A stretch of 64,000 nt of DNA from an uncultured beta proteobacterium (GCA_900696615.1 CAADGS010000116.1:148-64147), one strand, 5' to 3'. Shown: positions 48,891 through 60,156, numbered from the stretch's first letter. Made by a program: numbers and translations. Notes: generated by a model not told the origin, from the sequence alone.

Positions 48891-49781
48891 ATGAAAATAT
48901 CGGTTAAACGGCTACTTGTACCAACACCGTCCGGCGATGGCCAATATAAAAATCCTCACTATATCGCCTACACTGACTGGGGAGACCCGCTTAACCCGCA
49001 TGTTGTGATCTGTGTTCATGGGATGACGCGAAATTGCCGCGATTTTGACTACCTGGCAAGTGCACTGCAGCCGAATCGTCGAGTGATTGCAGTGGATATT
49101 GTGGGACGAGGCCAAAGTGATTGGCTGGAGCATGAGCAGGATTATGATTACTATCCCCTATATCTTTCAGATGCAATAACATTAATCGCGCATATTCAAT
49201 CGCAATATCAAACGGCAGTTACGTTCGATTGGATTGGCATTTCCCTAGGTGGCTTAATTGGAATGATTCTGGCCATTCAACCTGATCTTCCGGTGCCGAT
49301 TAACAAATTGGTTATGAGCGATATTGGGCCCTTGATTCCTGAAGCGGCGCTTAGGCGAATTGCCGACTATGTAGGCAGAGATCCTCGTTTCTATAGTTTT
49401 GCAGAATTTAAGCAGTACATGAAAGCAATTTCGGTTTCTTTCGGGCCACTCACCGAAGAGCAGTGGGACCATATGGCAATCCACAGTGCTCGCGAATATG
49501 AAGATGGTTCCTTTGGTTTTCGGTATGACCCAAGAATTGCAATCAGCTTCAAAACTCATGAAATCAGAGACATTACGTTATGGGAACAGTGGGACCAGTT
49601 AGCAATTCCTACACTAGTATTGCGCGGTGCAGAATCCGATGTGCTTTCGGCGAGTACTGCAAAGCAGATGCAAGTTCGTGGAGCAAAAGCGCATCTAGTC
49701 GAATTGGCTGGTGTTGGTCATGCACCGATGTTAATGGAAGAAAAGCAGATAAAAATTGTTCGGGACTTTATTCTAAGTTAG
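48891..49781 (+). CDS. Alpha/beta-fold hydrolase
   Basis: HGMTRNCRDFD, nucleophile elbow GISLGG, C-terminal GVGHAPM. Start is either ATG 48891 or ATG 48837. Confidence 0.75.
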   Translation: MKISVKRLLVPTPSGDGQYKNPHYIAYTDWGDPLNPHVVICVHGMTRNCRDFDYLASALQPNRRVIAVDIVGRGQSDWLEHEQDYDYYPLYLSDAITLIAHIQSQYQTAVTFDWIGISLGGLIGMILAIQPDLPVPINKLVMSDIGPLIPEAALRRIADYVGRDPRFYSFAEFKQYMKAISVSFGPLTEEQWDHMAIHSAREYEDGSFGFRYDPRIAISFKTHEIRDITLWEQWDQLAIPTLVLRGAESDVLSASTAKQMQVRGAKAHLVELAGVGHAPMLMEEKQIKIVRDFILS

Positions 49782-50030
49782 GTGGTTTATCCGATCAGCC
49801 AAGATTATTAATCGATGGATGTCTGTTACAATTTTAATCAGTAGCGTAACGCCAACATATTCGTAGCATGTAATGACAGCGGAAGTAAATGACTTAATCG
49901 TTCATTGCGCCCTGAAATGAACGATAATTCATTCAAGATAAATTGATTTATTCGTTATCAGAAGTAGATCGTTTTTTTGCAGCGATATATGTTTTTGCTG
50001 AATTGCAAGCTTTATTTAGGGTCTGCTTTT

Positions 50031-50058
50031 CTTGACAAAAGATACAACATCACTATAA
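50031..50058 (+). promoter_or_regulatory. Consensus sigma70 promoter for the tRNA-Gly/tRNA-Cys unit
   Basis: TTGACA (50031-50036), 16-nt spacer, TATAAT (50053-50058). About 50 nt upstream of tRNA-Gly. Confidence 0.6.
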
Positions 50059-50107
50059 TCCACCCTTTGTTTCTAAAGCGTTATAGGTCGCGCAGAAACT
50101 TCATATT

Positions 50108-50182
50108 GCGGGAATAGCTCAGTGGTAGAGCACAACCTTGCCAAGGTTGGGGTCGCGAGTTCGAGCCTCGTTTCCCGCTCCA
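50108..50182 (+). tRNA. tRNA-Gly (anticodon GCC)
   Basis: GCGGGAA acceptor pairs with TTCCCGC. Anticodon loop TTGCCAA. GGTTCGAGCC T-arm. Encoded CCA. Confidence 0.95.
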
Positions 50183-50285
50183 TTTTCATCGACAAAATGG
50201 TTCTTATGAAATATTGAATGGTTCCGAGCATTGCTTTTTAGAATAATATAGTATATTCGTTATAAATAAGTTTTAGTATATCCAT

Positions 50286-50359
50286 GGCGGGGTGGCAGAG
50301 TGGTCATGCAGCGGCCTGCAAAGCCGTCTACGCCGGTTCGATTCCGACCCCCGCCTCCA
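50286..50359 (+). tRNA. tRNA-Cys (anticodon GCA)
   Basis: GGCGGGG acceptor pairs with CCCCGCC. Anticodon loop CTGCAAA. GGTTCGATTCC T-loop. Encoded CCA. Confidence 0.95.
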
Positions 50360-50764
50360 TATTACCTCCATTTTCGATAGAAAATCAGCGTAATCTGCAA
50401 ACCACATTAGCTCAGTCAATCTTATAACCATCGCATTACCTAGTAATCCAGCTAATTGCTAGAAGCCAGTTTAAAGATGTGCTAAGAATTCGTGGTAACG
50501 TTTGGTCTCAGGTTTTTTTCTGCTGATGTGGCTTACAGGGGTAGTCTCTAAAAGTGCCGGAATCCTTAAATGGTTGGCTAGTCCAGAGGCATGTTTATTT
50601 TTTTATTTTTCGTTAGTGCTAGTGGATGATGGGGCAGAATCGGATAAGTTATGGAAAATTTAAATTAATCTTCTCGCGTTTTACAACTCTATAGGAAAAT
50701 CTGGACTGAATGTTCACGCGATCAGATAGAATAATACAATAACGATTTCTAACGAGCGCTAATT

Positions 50765-52186
50765 ATGGTATTGCGTAAAATTTTAATTGCTAACCGTGGC
50801 GAAATTGCAGTTCGTATCATCCGCGCATGTGCCGAAATGGGCATTCGTTCGGTTGCCATTTATTCAGAAGCGGATCGTTTCGCTCTACATATCAAAAAAG
50901 CGGATGAATCTTATTGTATTGGCAGCGATCCGATGGCTTGCTATTTAAATATTCACGCGCTGGTTGATTTGGCTCTTGCAACCGGTTGTGATGCGATACA
51001 CCCGGGTTATGGGTTTCTGTCAGAAAATGCTCAATTTGCTCGGGCATGTAAAGAACGTGGCTTGATTTTTATTGGACCCGAACCGGAAGTGATTCATCGC
51101 ATGGGTGACAAAACTGAAGCCCGGAATGCGATGATTGCAGCTGGAATTCCTGTGACACCCGGTTCGGAGGGTAATCTGCACTCGCTCGATGAAGCGATAA
51201 GCGTTGCGGAGAAAATTGGCTATCCAATCATGCTTAAAGCAACTTCAGGAGGTGGCGGCCGTGGTATTCGTCGCTGCGACAATGCCGATGAGTTGCGCCG
51301 TAATTATGCTCGCGTAATTTCAGAGGCTACCAAGGCTTTTGGTAGTGCCAATGTTTTTCTAGAAAAATGTATAGTCAATCCGCGCCACATCGAAGTGCAA
51401 GTTTTGGCGGATCACCACGGCAACGTGATTCATCTCTTTGAGCGCGATTGCTCGATTCAGCGCCGCAATCAGAAACTTGTTGAAATTGCACCATCACCGC
51501 AACTCGATGAAGCGCAGCGTCAGTACATCGGCGGTCTTGCAGTAATTGCCGCTAAATCGGTCGGTTATACCAATGCTGGCACAATCGAGTTTCTACTCGA
51601 CGATAGTGGCCGGTTTTATTTCATGGAAATGAATACACGTGTGCAAGTCGAGCACACTATCACCGAAACTATCACCGGTGTTGATATTGTCGAGGAGCAA
51701 ATCTGCGTAGCAGCCGGCTTACCGTTACGCTATAAGCAAGAAGAAATTGTGCGGCGAGGTTACGCGATTCAGTTTCGTATCAATGCCGAAGATCCGAAAA
51801 ATAATTTTCTCCCCAGTTTTGGTCGTATATCTCGATATTATGCACCTGGTGGCCCTGGCGTGCGTACTGATACCGCGATTTACACCGGTTATGAAGTCCC
51901 TCCTTTTTATGATTCGATGGTGGCGAAGGTAATAGTCAGTGCGCTTACCTGGGAAGATGTCATTAAGCGCGGTCAACGCACGTTGCGCGATATGGGATTG
52001 TTCGGCATCAAAACAACCATACCATTCTATCTAAAGATTCTGAAACATCCGCAATTTCGCAGTGGAAAATTCAATACGGGATTCGTCGAACAAAATCCGA
52101 ATTTGATCAATTATTCCGATAAACCCCGGCCGGAAGTGTTGGCTAGCGTGATCGCCGCAGTAGTCGCTTCGCACACCGGCTTGTAG
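50765..52186 (+). CDS. pycA: Biotin carboxylase subunit (pyruvate carboxylase subunit A type / AccC-like)
   Basis: ILIANRGEIAVRIIRA. ATP-grasp (GGGGRGI). MNTRVQVEHTITE. Paired with a carboxyltransferase-biotinyl subunit 28 nt downstream. Confidence 0.8.
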   Translation: MVLRKILIANRGEIAVRIIRACAEMGIRSVAIYSEADRFALHIKKADESYCIGSDPMACYLNIHALVDLALATGCDAIHPGYGFLSENAQFARACKERGLIFIGPEPEVIHRMGDKTEARNAMIAAGIPVTPGSEGNLHSLDEAISVAEKIGYPIMLKATSGGGGRGIRRCDNADELRRNYARVISEATKAFGSANVFLEKCIVNPRHIEVQVLADHHGNVIHLFERDCSIQRRNQKLVEIAPSPQLDEAQRQYIGGLAVIAAKSVGYTNAGTIEFLLDDSGRFYFMEMNTRVQVEHTITETITGVDIVEEQICVAAGLPLRYKQEEIVRRGYAIQFRINAEDPKNNFLPSFGRISRYYAPGGPGVRTDTAIYTGYEVPPFYDSMVAKVIVSALTWEDVIKRGQRTLRDMGLFGIKTTIPFYLKILKHPQFRSGKFNTGFVEQNPNLINYSDKPRPEVLASVIAAVVASHTGL

Positions 52187-52214
52187 TTGATGAATTGGTT
52201 CAGCAAGGAAAATA

Positions 52215-54038
52215 ATGCAAAAAGTTCATATCACTGATGTTATTTTGCGCGATGCGCACCAATCTCTGATTGCTACCCGGTTACGTACCGAAGACATGCT
52301 GCCGGCTTGCCAGATGCTTGATAATATTGGCTATTGGTCGTTGGAATGCTGGGGTGGCGCAACCTTTGACGCATGCTTGCGTTTTTTGAAGGAAGATCCA
52401 TGGGAACGTCTGAGTAAATTAAAAGCCGCATTACCAAATACACCGCTGCAAATGCTGCTGCGTGGCCAGAATTTACTCGGCTATCGTCATTATTCCGACG
52501 ATGTCGTTCGAGCGTTTGTAAGCCGTGCAGCAACTAATGGCATGGATGTTTTTCGTATCTTTGATGCTTTAAACGATATACGCAATCTCAAAACTGCGAT
52601 TGAAGCCACTAAGGAATCTGGCAAACACGCACAAGGTACGATCTGCTATACCACCAGCCCAGTGCATAATGTCAGCAGTTTCGTCGCATTGGCAAAAGAT
52701 CTGGCTGACATGGGCTGCGACTCGATCGCGATCAAAGATATGGCCGGATTGTTAACGCCTTATGCCACGAGTGAACTGGTCAAGGCATTGCAAGACACGG
52801 TCGATGTACCGATCCATTTGCATTGTCATGCCACGGCCGGTTTGGCAGAAATGTGTCAACTCAAGGCTATTGAAGCAGGTTGCCGCCATATCGACACAGC
52901 ATTGTCGTCCTGGTCCGGTGGCACCAGTCATCCGCCAACTGAAAGCCTGGTAATGGCATTACAAGGTACGAATTATGATTCCGGTTTAGATTTGCAGAAA
53001 CTTCAGGCAGTGAATGATTACTTCGCTCAGATGCGAAAAAAATACCACCGCTTCGAGAGCGAATTTACCGGTGTCGATACCCGTGTGCATATCTTTCAAG
53101 TACCTGGCGGTATGATTTCCAATCTGGCCAACCAATTGCAAGAACGAAACGCGCTGGATCGCATCAATGAGGTTTATGCTGAAATTCCACGTGTGCGCAA
53201 GGACTTGGGTTATCCGCCATTGGTCACGCCGACATCGCAAATCGTCGGCACACAAGCCGTACTCAATGTGCTGACCGGTAAGCGCTATGAAACCATAACC
53301 AATGAAGTCAAACGTTACCTGCAAGGCGGCTATGGTAAAGCGCCGGCACCAATCGATATCAATTTACAAAAACGTGCCATTGGTAAAGAAGATGTCATCG
53401 ATTGCCGCCCCGCCGATTTGCTGAAACCGGAATTTGAGCATCTGCGCCGTGAAATCGGACACTTGGCATTGAACGACGAAGATGTATTGAGTTACGCGAT
53501 GTTTCCGGAAGTCGGCAAACAATTCTTAGAATTACGTTCAACTGGCCACTTAGTGCCAGAGCCACTGGAGCTGGCAGTTGCGAGTGGCGGAGTACAAAAA
53601 GCACCAACCGAATTCAACGTCGCGCTACACGGTGAGTCATATCATATCAAAGTCACCGGTACTAGCCCGAAGAATGACACACTTCGCCATTTTTATTTCA
53701 TGGTCGACGGCATTCCAGAAGAAATCGTAGTTGAGACGCTCGATGAAATCGTGTTGGATGGCGGCACACAAGGCCCAGTCAAGAGCGCTATTGGCAGCAA
53801 GCGCCGTCGTCCCGCTGAAGAGGGTGACATTGTTGTCAGCATGCCATGCAACATTTTGGAGGTGCTGGTCAAAGTCGACCAAAAAGTCACTGCAGGGCAA
53901 TCGGTGCTGATTACAGAAGCTATGAAAATGGAAACCGAAATTACCGCACCCATATCCGGCATTGTCAAAGCCGTGCACGTCATTAAAGGCGAATCGGTGA
54001 ATCCTAACGAAGTATTGATTGAGATTGTGACAGCATGA
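52215..54038 (+). CDS. pycB: Carboxyltransferase plus biotin-carrier subunit (pyruvate carboxylase subunit B / OadA-like)
   Basis: TDVILRDAHQSL HMGL-like TIM barrel. C-terminal biotinyl motif EAMKMETE. No oadB/oadG membrane subunits nearby. Confidence 0.8.
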   Translation: MQKVHITDVILRDAHQSLIATRLRTEDMLPACQMLDNIGYWSLECWGGATFDACLRFLKEDPWERLSKLKAALPNTPLQMLLRGQNLLGYRHYSDDVVRAFVSRAATNGMDVFRIFDALNDIRNLKTAIEATKESGKHAQGTICYTTSPVHNVSSFVALAKDLADMGCDSIAIKDMAGLLTPYATSELVKALQDTVDVPIHLHCHATAGLAEMCQLKAIEAGCRHIDTALSSWSGGTSHPPTESLVMALQGTNYDSGLDLQKLQAVNDYFAQMRKKYHRFESEFTGVDTRVHIFQVPGGMISNLANQLQERNALDRINEVYAEIPRVRKDLGYPPLVTPTSQIVGTQAVLNVLTGKRYETITNEVKRYLQGGYGKAPAPIDINLQKRAIGKEDVIDCRPADLLKPEFEHLRREIGHLALNDEDVLSYAMFPEVGKQFLELRSTGHLVPEPLELAVASGGVQKAPTEFNVALHGESYHIKVTGTSPKNDTLRHFYFMVDGIPEEIVVETLDEIVLDGGTQGPVKSAIGSKRRRPAEEGDIVVSMPCNILEVLVKVDQKVTAGQSVLITEAMKMETEITAPISGIVKAVHVIKGESVNPNEVLIEIVTA

Positions 54039-54092
54039 TGATCCGATTGTGTCACCAACTTATTGATAGTATGTGTTAAATACAATTTATCA

Positions 54093-54539
54093 TCACCATG
54101 CGGGTGGCGCTTTGTTCAATCCAAGAACCTGCGCACCAGTATTTATTTTTCTCGCCGAAAACCAGCCTCTCTTCATTTCCAGGGCATATTTGGCCATACC
54201 TGAGGAAGTGTGAGTAATACTGGTTTGCGGCTGCATATTTGCAATATTGAGAATGATGCCGTGTTCATCGATGAATGCCACGCTCAGAGGAATGTAAGTG
54301 TCTTTCATCCACATACTATGAAAACCAGATTCGGGAAAAATAAATAACATTCCAGCATTCTCATTCATTTGTTTGCGATACATTAGCCCTCTAGACCGTG
54401 AATGCGGTGTATGCGCCACTTCAGCAGAAATTAAGTATCCGGATATTGTCAATGAAATGATATGTTCTTTTGAAGAATGTGCATCAATAGGTGCTATCAT
54501 CAGTACAGCAAAAACTATCGCAAATAAACGCATTATCAA
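54093..54539 (-). CDS. DUF192 (COG1430) exported protein
   Basis: Signal peptide. RSRGLMYR...GMLFIF......[16 protein letters not shown] pattern. ATGA overlap with the dut stop. Confidence 0.75.
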   Translation of the reverse strand: MIMRLFAIVFAVLMIAPIDAHSSKEHIISLTISGYLISAEVAHTPHSRSRGLMYRKQMNENAGMLFIFPESGFHSMWMKDTYIPLSVAFIDEHGIILNIANMQPQTSITHTSSGMAKYALEMKRGWFSARKINTGAQVLGLNKAPPAW

Positions 54540-54985
54540 TGTTTACCTGTACTGCCGAAGCCATCTTCACCTCGATGGCTTAAAACAAAATCATCTACCA
54601 GATTGAATTCAACCTGAATAATGGGCACTATCACCAGTTGGGCAATTCGTTCAAGCGGATTAAGTTGAAAAGCGGTATGACTACGATTCCAGCAAGATAC
54701 CAAGATTTGTCCTTGATAATCCGAGTCTATCAAACCGACCAAATTTCCCAATACGATACCATGTTTGTGGCCAAGCCCAGAGCGTGGCAATACCAATGCT
54801 GCCATTCCTGTATCGGCAAGATGTACAGCTATGCCTGTAGGAATAAGGCTGGTTTCGCCTGGATTGATTGTAATGGACTGTTCAATGCAAGCACGCAAAT
54901 CTAATCCTGCTGAACCCGGAGTTGCATAGGTAGGAGGTTGTTCCTTGAGGCGCTCGTCTAAAATCTTGACATCAATTTTTATCAT
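54536..54985 (-). CDS. dut: dUTP diphosphatase
   Basis: [10 protein letters not shown]...[33 protein letters not shown]. Confidence 0.95.
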   Translation of the reverse strand: MIKIDVKILDERLKEQPPTYATPGSAGLDLRACIEQSITINPGETSLIPTGIAVHLADTGMAALVLPRSGLGHKHGIVLGNLVGLIDSDYQGQILVSCWNRSHTAFQLNPLERIAQLVIVPIIQVEFNLVDDFVLSHRGEDGFGSTGKH

Positions 54986-56207
54986 TTCTTATGATTAGAT
55001 TATTTTTATGCTTATAAAGTAAATAAATATGGTTTATCAATCGCCTAGCTTGTTCAATTTTTGATGCTTTCGGCAGTACGTGCTTGCCGTTATCATCAAA
55101 TACTATTAGTTCAACCTCATCCGAACCAATTGCATGTTGAGCAAGATTTGCAACTAAAAGGGGTAATTTCTTTTTTTGCCGCTTCATTTGGGCATTTTTA
55201 TCGAGATTTTCCGTTTCTGCAGCAAAGCCGACGCAAAATGGCGGCTCAGGTAGATTCGAAACCGTCATCAAAATATCTGGATTGGGAATCAGTTCAATAG
55301 AGATTTTTTTATTAGTTTTTTTTAGCTTATGCGAACTAACTTCTGCCACACGGTAATCAGCCACCGCTGCCACGCTAATGAAAATGTCTATTTCTGATAT
55401 TCCGGCTTGCACAGCGTGTAACATTTCGTTTGCACTCACAACCGGTATGAATTTATTTACTGCGGGTGCATTTAAACACGCGGGACCCGAAACAAGAGTG
55501 ACCTTCGCACCTGCCTCCGTGGCTGCCTGAGCAATAGCGTATCCCATTTTTCCAGAACTTTTGTTAGTTATTCCGCGAACGGCATCCATTGCTTCAAAAG
55601 TGGGTCCTGCTGTCACCATAACATTCTTATTTTGTAACAATTTGCTAGCCTGTAAGGCAGACCGTATCGCTTCTGCCAATTCATATGCTTCTAGCATTCT
55701 CCCCATCCCGGTTTCGCCACATGCTTGCTCACCGCTAGCAGGACCGATGATTTTGATGCCATCACGCTGTAACGCCATTAAATTTCGCTGCGTTGCGGGA
55801 TTCTCCCACATTTGTCGGTTCATTGCAGGAGCTATCAAGAGTTGACAATCACGCGCCAAACAGAGAGTTGTTAATAAGTTGTCTGCTATACCATTGGCAA
55901 GTTTCGCAATAAAATTAGCACTCGCTGGCGCTACCAGAATCATCCTCGCATTACGGGATAAATTAATATGTGCCATATTGGCTTCTGTATTGGTTTCCCA
56001 CATATCGATATGAACCGGATTTCCAGTTAACGCCTGAAAGGTTACTGGCCCTACAAAGTGGCGCGCAGATTCGGTCATGATCACATGCACATCAGTTCCG
56101 TTCTGGGTTAATAGGCGAGCCAATTCCGCGACTTTATATACAGCAATTCCTCCGGTTACACCCAGTAACAAGCGCTCTTTGGAGAAAGAATTTACATATG
56201 TCGTCAT
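54972..56207 (-). CDS. coaBC: Bifunctional phosphopantothenoylcysteine decarboxylase / synthetase
   Basis: [12 protein letters not shown] flavoprotein N-domain. C-terminal [10 protein letters not shown] motif. 14-nt overlap with dut. Confidence 0.95.
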   Translation of the reverse strand: MTTYVNSFSKERLLLGVTGGIAVYKVAELARLLTQNGTDVHVIMTESARHFVGPVTFQALTGNPVHIDMWETNTEANMAHINLSRNARMILVAPASANFIAKLANGIADNLLTTLCLARDCQLLIAPAMNRQMWENPATQRNLMALQRDGIKIIGPASGEQACGETGMGRMLEAYELAEAIRSALQASKLLQNKNVMVTAGPTFEAMDAVRGITNKSSGKMGYAIAQAATEAGAKVTLVSGPACLNAPAVNKFIPVVSANEMLHAVQAGISEIDIFISVAAVADYRVAEVSSHKLKKTNKKISIELIPNPDILMTVSNLPEPPFCVGFAAETENLDKNAQMKRQKKKLPLLVANLAQHAIGSDEVELIVFDDNGKHVLPKASKIEQARRLINHIYLLYKHKNNLIIRNDKN

Positions 56208-56416
56208 AGCGAAATATTTTCCTGAACAAGCTGTATCTTCAGAATGTATCGAATCATATAAGAATTAATCGCAATAAAATGATTGATTATTGATTTGCTC
56301 GCTGTGCTTTTTTTAAGAGAGTTGAGTTGTCTGCCGTTATTAGCACAATAAAAATGCTAATTAAATAGCCATTATTAAGCTAATACTTTATATAACTCAG
56401 CTATCAACAATCTTTC

Positions 56417-57091
56417 ATGGCAATTCCAGACTGGCCATTAACTGATCGACCACGTGAAAAACTCCTTATGAAAGGCGCTGCCGCACTTTCAGATACTGAA
56501 CTACTAGCTATCTTTCTGCGTACTGGCATCACAGGAAAAAGCGCTGTCGATCTTGCGAGAGAATTGCTTTTACATTTTGGCAGCTTAACTAATATTTTCT
56601 CAGCCAGTCAAGCTAACTTTTGTCAAATACCCGGTCTGGGTGTAGCCAAATACTCTCAACTGCAGGCTGTACTAGAAATGGCTCGCCGTGCACTAGGAGA
56701 AGAATTGAAACAAAGCGATGCCATGAACTCTCCCCAACTTGCCCGAGATTTTCTATGCTTGAGTCTAGCAAATAAAGAGCATGAAGTATTTGTGGGTGTT
56801 TTTCTTGATGCGCAAAATCGCACAATTGCAATAGAAGAGTTATTTAAGGGCACATTGACACAGACAAGCGTATATCCTCGAGAAGTAATTAAACGGGCTT
56901 TATATCACAATGCCGCGGCAATGATTTTTGCTCATAACCATCCATCGGGTACGACAACACCCAGCCATGCCGACAAAGTGTTAACTCAATCTTTAAAACA
57001 AGCTCTGGCAATGATTGATATTAAAGTACTTGATCATTTTATAATTGGCAGTGGTAGCGCTATGTCCTTTTCTGAACATAATCTGATTTAA
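56417..57091 (+). CDS. radC: RadC/YicR-family JAB-domain protein
   Basis: [18 protein letters not shown], and JAMM motif FAHNHPSG. Divergent from coaBC, as in E. coli. Confidence 0.9.
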   Translation: MAIPDWPLTDRPREKLLMKGAAALSDTELLAIFLRTGITGKSAVDLARELLLHFGSLTNIFSASQANFCQIPGLGVAKYSQLQAVLEMARRALGEELKQSDAMNSPQLARDFLCLSLANKEHEVFVGVFLDAQNRTIAIEELFKGTLTQTSVYPREVIKRALYHNAAAMIFAHNHPSGTTTPSHADKVLTQSLKQALAMIDIKVLDHFIIGSGSAMSFSEHNLI

Positions 57092-57223
57092 ATCTATACG
57101 ATAAGAATTAGCTTTAGACGATACTCCAGGTTTTATTTGATCTGATAATTAATTCATTGCATTTGAACAAGTACAGTAAAACAGGATAAAATATGCGTTT
57201 TTAGAATTTTGGAGTGCGTTAAT

Positions 57224-57460
57224 ATGGCACGTGTATGTCAAGTAACTGGCAAAAAACCAATGTCAGGTCATAATGTTTCACATGCAAATAATAAAACTAA
57301 AAGGCGATTCTTGCCTAATTTGCAACGTCGTAGATTTTGGGTTGAAAGTGAAAATCGTTGGATTAGTTTACGCTTATCAAATGCTGCGTTACGCACGATA
57401 GATAAAAATGGTATTGATGCGGTGTTAGCTGAAATGCGCCTGCAAAACAAAAACATTTAG
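57224..57460 (+). CDS. rpmB: 50S ribosomal protein L28
   Basis: [41 protein letters not shown]. The ORF-track start at 57209 is too long. Confidence 0.95.
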   Translation: MARVCQVTGKKPMSGHNVSHANNKTKRRFLPNLQRRRFWVESENRWISLRLSNAALRTIDKNGIDAVLAEMRLQNKNI

Positions 57461-57506
57461 AATTCGTTAACTCGCTAATGCATAGTTAAATTAAGGAGTA
57501 ATCAGA

Positions 57507-57662
57507 ATGCGTGAAAAGATAAAGCTTGAATCTTCAGCAGGAACAGGTCATTTTTATACAACTACTAAGAATAAGCGTGCACACCCCGAAAAAATGGAAT
57601 TGAAGAAATATGATCCTGTTGTTCGCAAGCACGTAATTTATAAAGAAACCAAATTAAAATAA
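57507..57662 (+). CDS. rpmG: 50S ribosomal protein L33 (51 aa, below the ORF-track cut-off)
   Basis: My translation is [60 protein letters not shown] at 57493-57498. Confidence 0.95.
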   Translation: MREKIKLESSAGTGHFYTTTKNKRAHPEKMELKKYDPVVRKHVIYKETKLK

Positions 57663-57664
57663 AA

Positions 57665-57697
57665 AAGCCCGCAATACATTAATATTATTGCGGGCTT
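57665..57697. terminator. Hairpin terminator between convergent rpmG and the desaturase gene
   Basis: AAGCCCGCAATA-(9 nt)-TATTGCGGGCTT. The A-run on the plus side gives a T-run for the minus-strand transcript. Confidence 0.75.
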
Positions 57698-57737
57698 GTA
57701 AGACTACGGATCAGTATTAATGTCAGTTTATACGCTG

Positions 57738-58934
57738 TTATGCATAGCAGCGTAGTCTTTGTGAGAAAGTTCTCAATACTTCAATTCCGCTTTCTTCCGC
57801 ACGCCGACACCAATCTTCGAGTTGTTTCACCAATTCTTCTGTTGAGGCTGTGGAACGTTGCCAGATTTCTGCTAACTCTTCACGCATGGTATAGAGTTTG
57901 TCAAGTGTTCTAGCATTACTACTACTTAATACTTGACTTAATTTTTCACGCTCATGTTGTTGCAATGTCTTGGAATCAGCCAAGATCCAGTGCTTTAAAG
58001 TGGATTTATCTATGCCATACTGCGCACCGACTTCTCTCAAATGAGTAATTTCGTTCGCAAGTGTGGTCTTAAGCGATTGGGTATATTTTGCCAATATTTC
58101 ATAGCGATGAGAAATAACCGCCTGTAACGTATCTAGGTCACATTCTGTTTTCTTTTTATCGATACGTAATTTCGGTGCAGTTTTCTTAACTTTTGCAAGC
58201 CCTACCATTTCTAATATACGAATATATAACCATCCGATATCAAACTCATACCATTTATTGGATAATCGTGCTGATGTTGCATAAGCGTGGTGGTTATTAT
58301 GCAACTCCTCACCACCAATTAAAATGCCCCAAGGAACTATATTTCTACTAGCGTCTTCCGCTTGGAAATTCCGATAACCCCAGTAATGGCCAACTCCATT
58401 AATCACTCCTGCGGCAAAAACTGGCGCCCATAGCATTTGAACTGCCCAAATCGTTATACCGATCGGACCAAACAGAAGTACATCAATAATCAGCATTAGC
58501 GAAACTCCTTTCGCACTATGCTTGCTATAAATATTTCTCTCTACCCAATCGTCTGGGGTACCGTATCCATACCTTTTGAGGGTTTCTTCATTCTTTGCTT
58601 CAGTTCGATAAAGCTCGGAACCCTCTGCTAAAACTTTCTTGATGCCATAAATAACAGGGCTATGCGGATCATCCTTGGTTTCACATTTTGCATGATGTTT
58701 ACGATGTACCGCAGTCCATTGCTTGGTCACCATTCCTGTAGTAAGCCACAACCAGAAACGAAAGAAATGACTAGCAATTGGATGTAATTCCAATGCACGG
58801 TGTGCTGAATGCCTGTGGAGATAGATAGTAATTGAAGCAATTGTAATATGCGTCAGTACCAAAGTAACAACGACATATCCCCACCATGGCAAGTCAATTG
58901 CCCCTGAAATTAAAATAAGTAAATCAGAAATCAT
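57738..58934 (-). CDS. Membrane fatty-acid (acyl-lipid/acyl-CoA) desaturase with C-terminal helical extension
   Basis: His boxes HRHSAH, HRKHH and HNNHH. ATG 58934 (MISDLL) has AAGGA upstream. The ORF-track start is TTG 58970. Confidence 0.85.
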   Translation of the reverse strand: MISDLLILISGAIDLPWWGYVVVTLVLTHITIASITIYLHRHSAHRALELHPIASHFFRFWLWLTTGMVTKQWTAVHRKHHAKCETKDDPHSPVIYGIKKVLAEGSELYRTEAKNEETLKRYGYGTPDDWVERNIYSKHSAKGVSLMLIIDVLLFGPIGITIWAVQMLWAPVFAAGVINGVGHYWGYRNFQAEDASRNIVPWGILIGGEELHNNHHAYATSARLSNKWYEFDIGWLYIRILEMVGLAKVKKTAPKLRIDKKKTECDLDTLQAVISHRYEILAKYTQSLKTTLANEITHLREVGAQYGIDKSTLKHWILADSKTLQQHEREKLSQVLSSSNARTLDKLYTMREELAEIWQRSTASTEELVKQLEDWCRRAEESGIEVLRTFSQRLRCYA

Positions 58935-59286
58935 ATAATTATCATCCTTTTGTAAGTTTGCTAAAAGCAAACTCGGGAGCTAAAAAAACTACACGAACAA
59001 CCAAACCAAATTTTAAATTAAATGCCTATAAAAAAATTGTTCATTTAACAGCACATTTTTTAACCTGCACTTTTTTGGTAAAACTATTATATTAACTCAT
59101 AAAAAAAATCAAGTATTAATCTGCATCAATAATATACCCTAAATAATATCTTGGAAAATCTAATTTAAAAATGTATTTATCAATGAAAATGTGTTTATCA
59201 ATGTTGTTTTCCAAAACAATTGTACATTCAAAATTAGAAGGAATGAATTAGTATAATACTTTTTATTTAGTTAAAAAAATTATCTA

Positions 59287-60156
59287 GTCGCCCCTGAAAA
59301 AGTATCAAATAACAGTTGTTGTTCTGGAAAGGCCGCCCGAGAAAACGGCTACCTATCAAAATACATACCCGTGTAGTTTAGATTTCGATCAAGGAATCCG
59401 ATAAATTTGCAGTTTTCGCCACGGGAAAAAGAGCCAAAAAATGACCAGCAGCCATTGTTTCAGATTCCAGGCGCAGTGACTTCACTTCTTTGACAAAGGT
59501 ACGCCGCTATGAAATACCATGGGATTTGGCAATCTTGTTGAGGCGATCGATAATTTTGATCGCCAGTTTGCTATCCGTTTAGTATGTGATGTTTTTCTCA
59601 TGCACGGTCGTGTCAATAGGAATGACATCTTCCAGCGCCGATTCCCCATGCAAACCAACGCTCATCGGAAAATCCGCTCTACACCTTCCGCGCCTATGCG
59701 CTTGCGAAAATGCACCAGCTCCGCGCTATGTCAAGGCAACTTCTGCTGGAACTCCTTCGTGTGCAAAAAGCCTGGTAATAAGGATTACGCCTCCACTGCA
59801 ATACTATCGATTCGTCACTCAAATTCTCTAACTGCTTCAGGATCACCCAACCATCAAACGGATGGCTTACTTGGCGCGCCTGTCGCTGCTGTGTAATGAA
59901 CGGAAAACGATTCCTCAAACTCTTGCCACGGTATCGTTGATGCAAGCTGCAACAATGGATCGTCGGGATCAAGCTGCGTCAGCAAATCTGTTCCAAACGG
60001 ATTCGGTTGATGAATCGTCCTGCTATTTCATAGCATTTTTAATCACCATTTCGACCAGAAATACACCGCCATTTTAACATTCTCGGTCGTTATGATTACC
60101 AATAAACAGTGTATTGATAAATAATATCAAGTGCTTAAGGGTATTTCAGGGCCGAC
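59287..60156 (-). mobile_element. Decayed, internally deleted IS5/IS1182-like insertion sequence (transposase pseudogene with DUF772-type N-terminus)
   Basis: Imperfect terminal inverted repeats GTCGCCCCTGAAA / GTCGGCCCTGAAA. Minus-strand frames give LDPDDPLLQLASTIPWQEFEESF, AIRLMVG, LKQLENLSDESIVLQWRRNPYYQAFC, ELVHFRKRIG and IDTTVHEKNITY*TDSKLAIKIIDRLNKIAKSHGI, broken by stops and frameshifts. No DDE core. Confidence 0.7.

Noticed and set aside
49897-49925. 10-bp perfect hairpin ATCGTTCATT-(9 nt)-AATGAACGAT downstream of the alpha/beta hydrolase gene
   Set aside because: It is 115 nt after the stop and has no following T-run. Possibly a weak terminator, but not well enough supported to annotate.
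50183-50764. tRNA-Gly/tRNA-Cys locus as an integration hotspot for a genomic island
   Set aside because: No integrase, no direct repeat of a tRNA 3' end, and no abrupt change in gene content on either side within the window.
59519-60077. Plus-strand ORFs 59519-59896, 59586-59831 and 59862-60077
   Set aside because: They are antisense to the recognisable minus-strand transposase fragments of the decayed IS, and no independent coding signal is present.
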